Positions 63,147 through 64,000 of a DNA stretch of 64,000 bases are shown piece by piece (position 1 is the first letter of the stretch; each line of letters starts with the position of its first letter). Origin of the DNA: Stylophora pistillata. Its lineage: Eukaryota. The stretch covers positions 1 through 64,000 of the forward strand of contig NW_019218803.1 of NCBI RefSeq assembly GCF_002571385.2. The letters are read 5' to 3'. The position numbers were made by a program, and so were the translations under genes. Under the pieces are notes generated by a model. It was not told where the DNA came from and made no database searches. It worked only from the letters and a program-made list of their open reading frames with translations.

Positions 63147-64000
63147 GTGATGCAAATTACTTTGGTGTCTCGCATATTAAATGCCTATTACAAATTGAGT
63201 TCAAGGTCTTCACTGCAAGTTATAGACCACGTTTTTAGGGTTTCGCCTGGGCCATAAATCTGAGCGGAAAAAAAGAGCTTCTGTAACGTTATAGTACAGA
63301 TGGAGAGATTATTACATGACTCGGGCAGTCAGAGGGCCAATAACTAAAATCAACCAATCAAAATGCTTTATTGCCAGTCAACAATCTCTCAGTAATGCCA
63401 GTATTGGACCGGGCACTGTCCCGAATGGTCCCAAATGATACCGCACTTGTGTCCCTTCAAACTTCAGTCATATAACAAATCTCTTATCAACCAAGCTTGC
63501 TCAGGACCGTACGGGAAGAATATCGGCCCTCGGTCTTTTTTGTACTGACCTTGCTGCACTCAGTCCGTACTGTCAAGACCTCGGGCCGATATTCTCCCAG
63601 TACGGCCCTCGCGCTTGGTTAATAAGATATTCTTATATCTCTGGTTTGAAATAGCAGGAGAAGATTTCAGTGTAACTGTTTACTCCCCTAACATCAGAAT
63701 GCATATTCTCTATACTGTTCTGTAAGCATTTGCCAGGTTGTCATCAAGGAGAATTTTTTTGACAGTCAAGAGCACCATTAGTTGGTGATCATTTCCTTTG
63801 TTCTCATGGCTTTAATGTCTGATTCTAGGGTCATATTGTAAGGAGAATTTAGATACTAGTCACTCCTAAGGGTTAAAGGGTTAATTAAACAAACTTTTGA
63901 ATTAAATGGCCTGTACAGTGAAGTGTGGACTGCAAGATTTACCAGTCATAGCACACATACTGACCACAGTGATGATGGCTATTCTTGTCAGTGAGAATAC

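Overview
Eukaryotic, intron-rich animal DNA. The repeat content suggests a stony coral (inference). The window opens with two adjacent tandem arrays: a 188-bp satellite, then a 27-bp minisatellite with a palindromic core. Spliced genes reconstructed by eye from GT-AG boundaries and phase: ALG5 (-, complete, 336 aa); a 1545-aa CAP-Gly + MTUS1/2-like coiled-coil protein (+); FAXDC2 (-, apparently lacking its catalytic 3' exons); RanGAP1 (+, one LRR block missing at an N-gap); an uncharacterised single-pass membrane protein with Tyr motifs (-); TBCK (-, spliced in frame but with no TBC domain); and the first three exons of RARS1 (+), head-to-head with TBCK. There is one intact tRNA-Asp(GTC). Mobile DNA includes an internally deleted AcademH-like transposon (RecQ-like helicase remnant, 9-bp TSD), a solo LTR, tRNA-derived SINEs, a circularly permuted tRNA-like repeat, Penelope-like remnants with degenerate hammerheads, LINE tails and many MITEs. 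The most notable non-coding signal is a pair of tandem minimal type I hammerhead ribozymes at 51458-51570. All homology calls come from recalled family sequences, not database searches.
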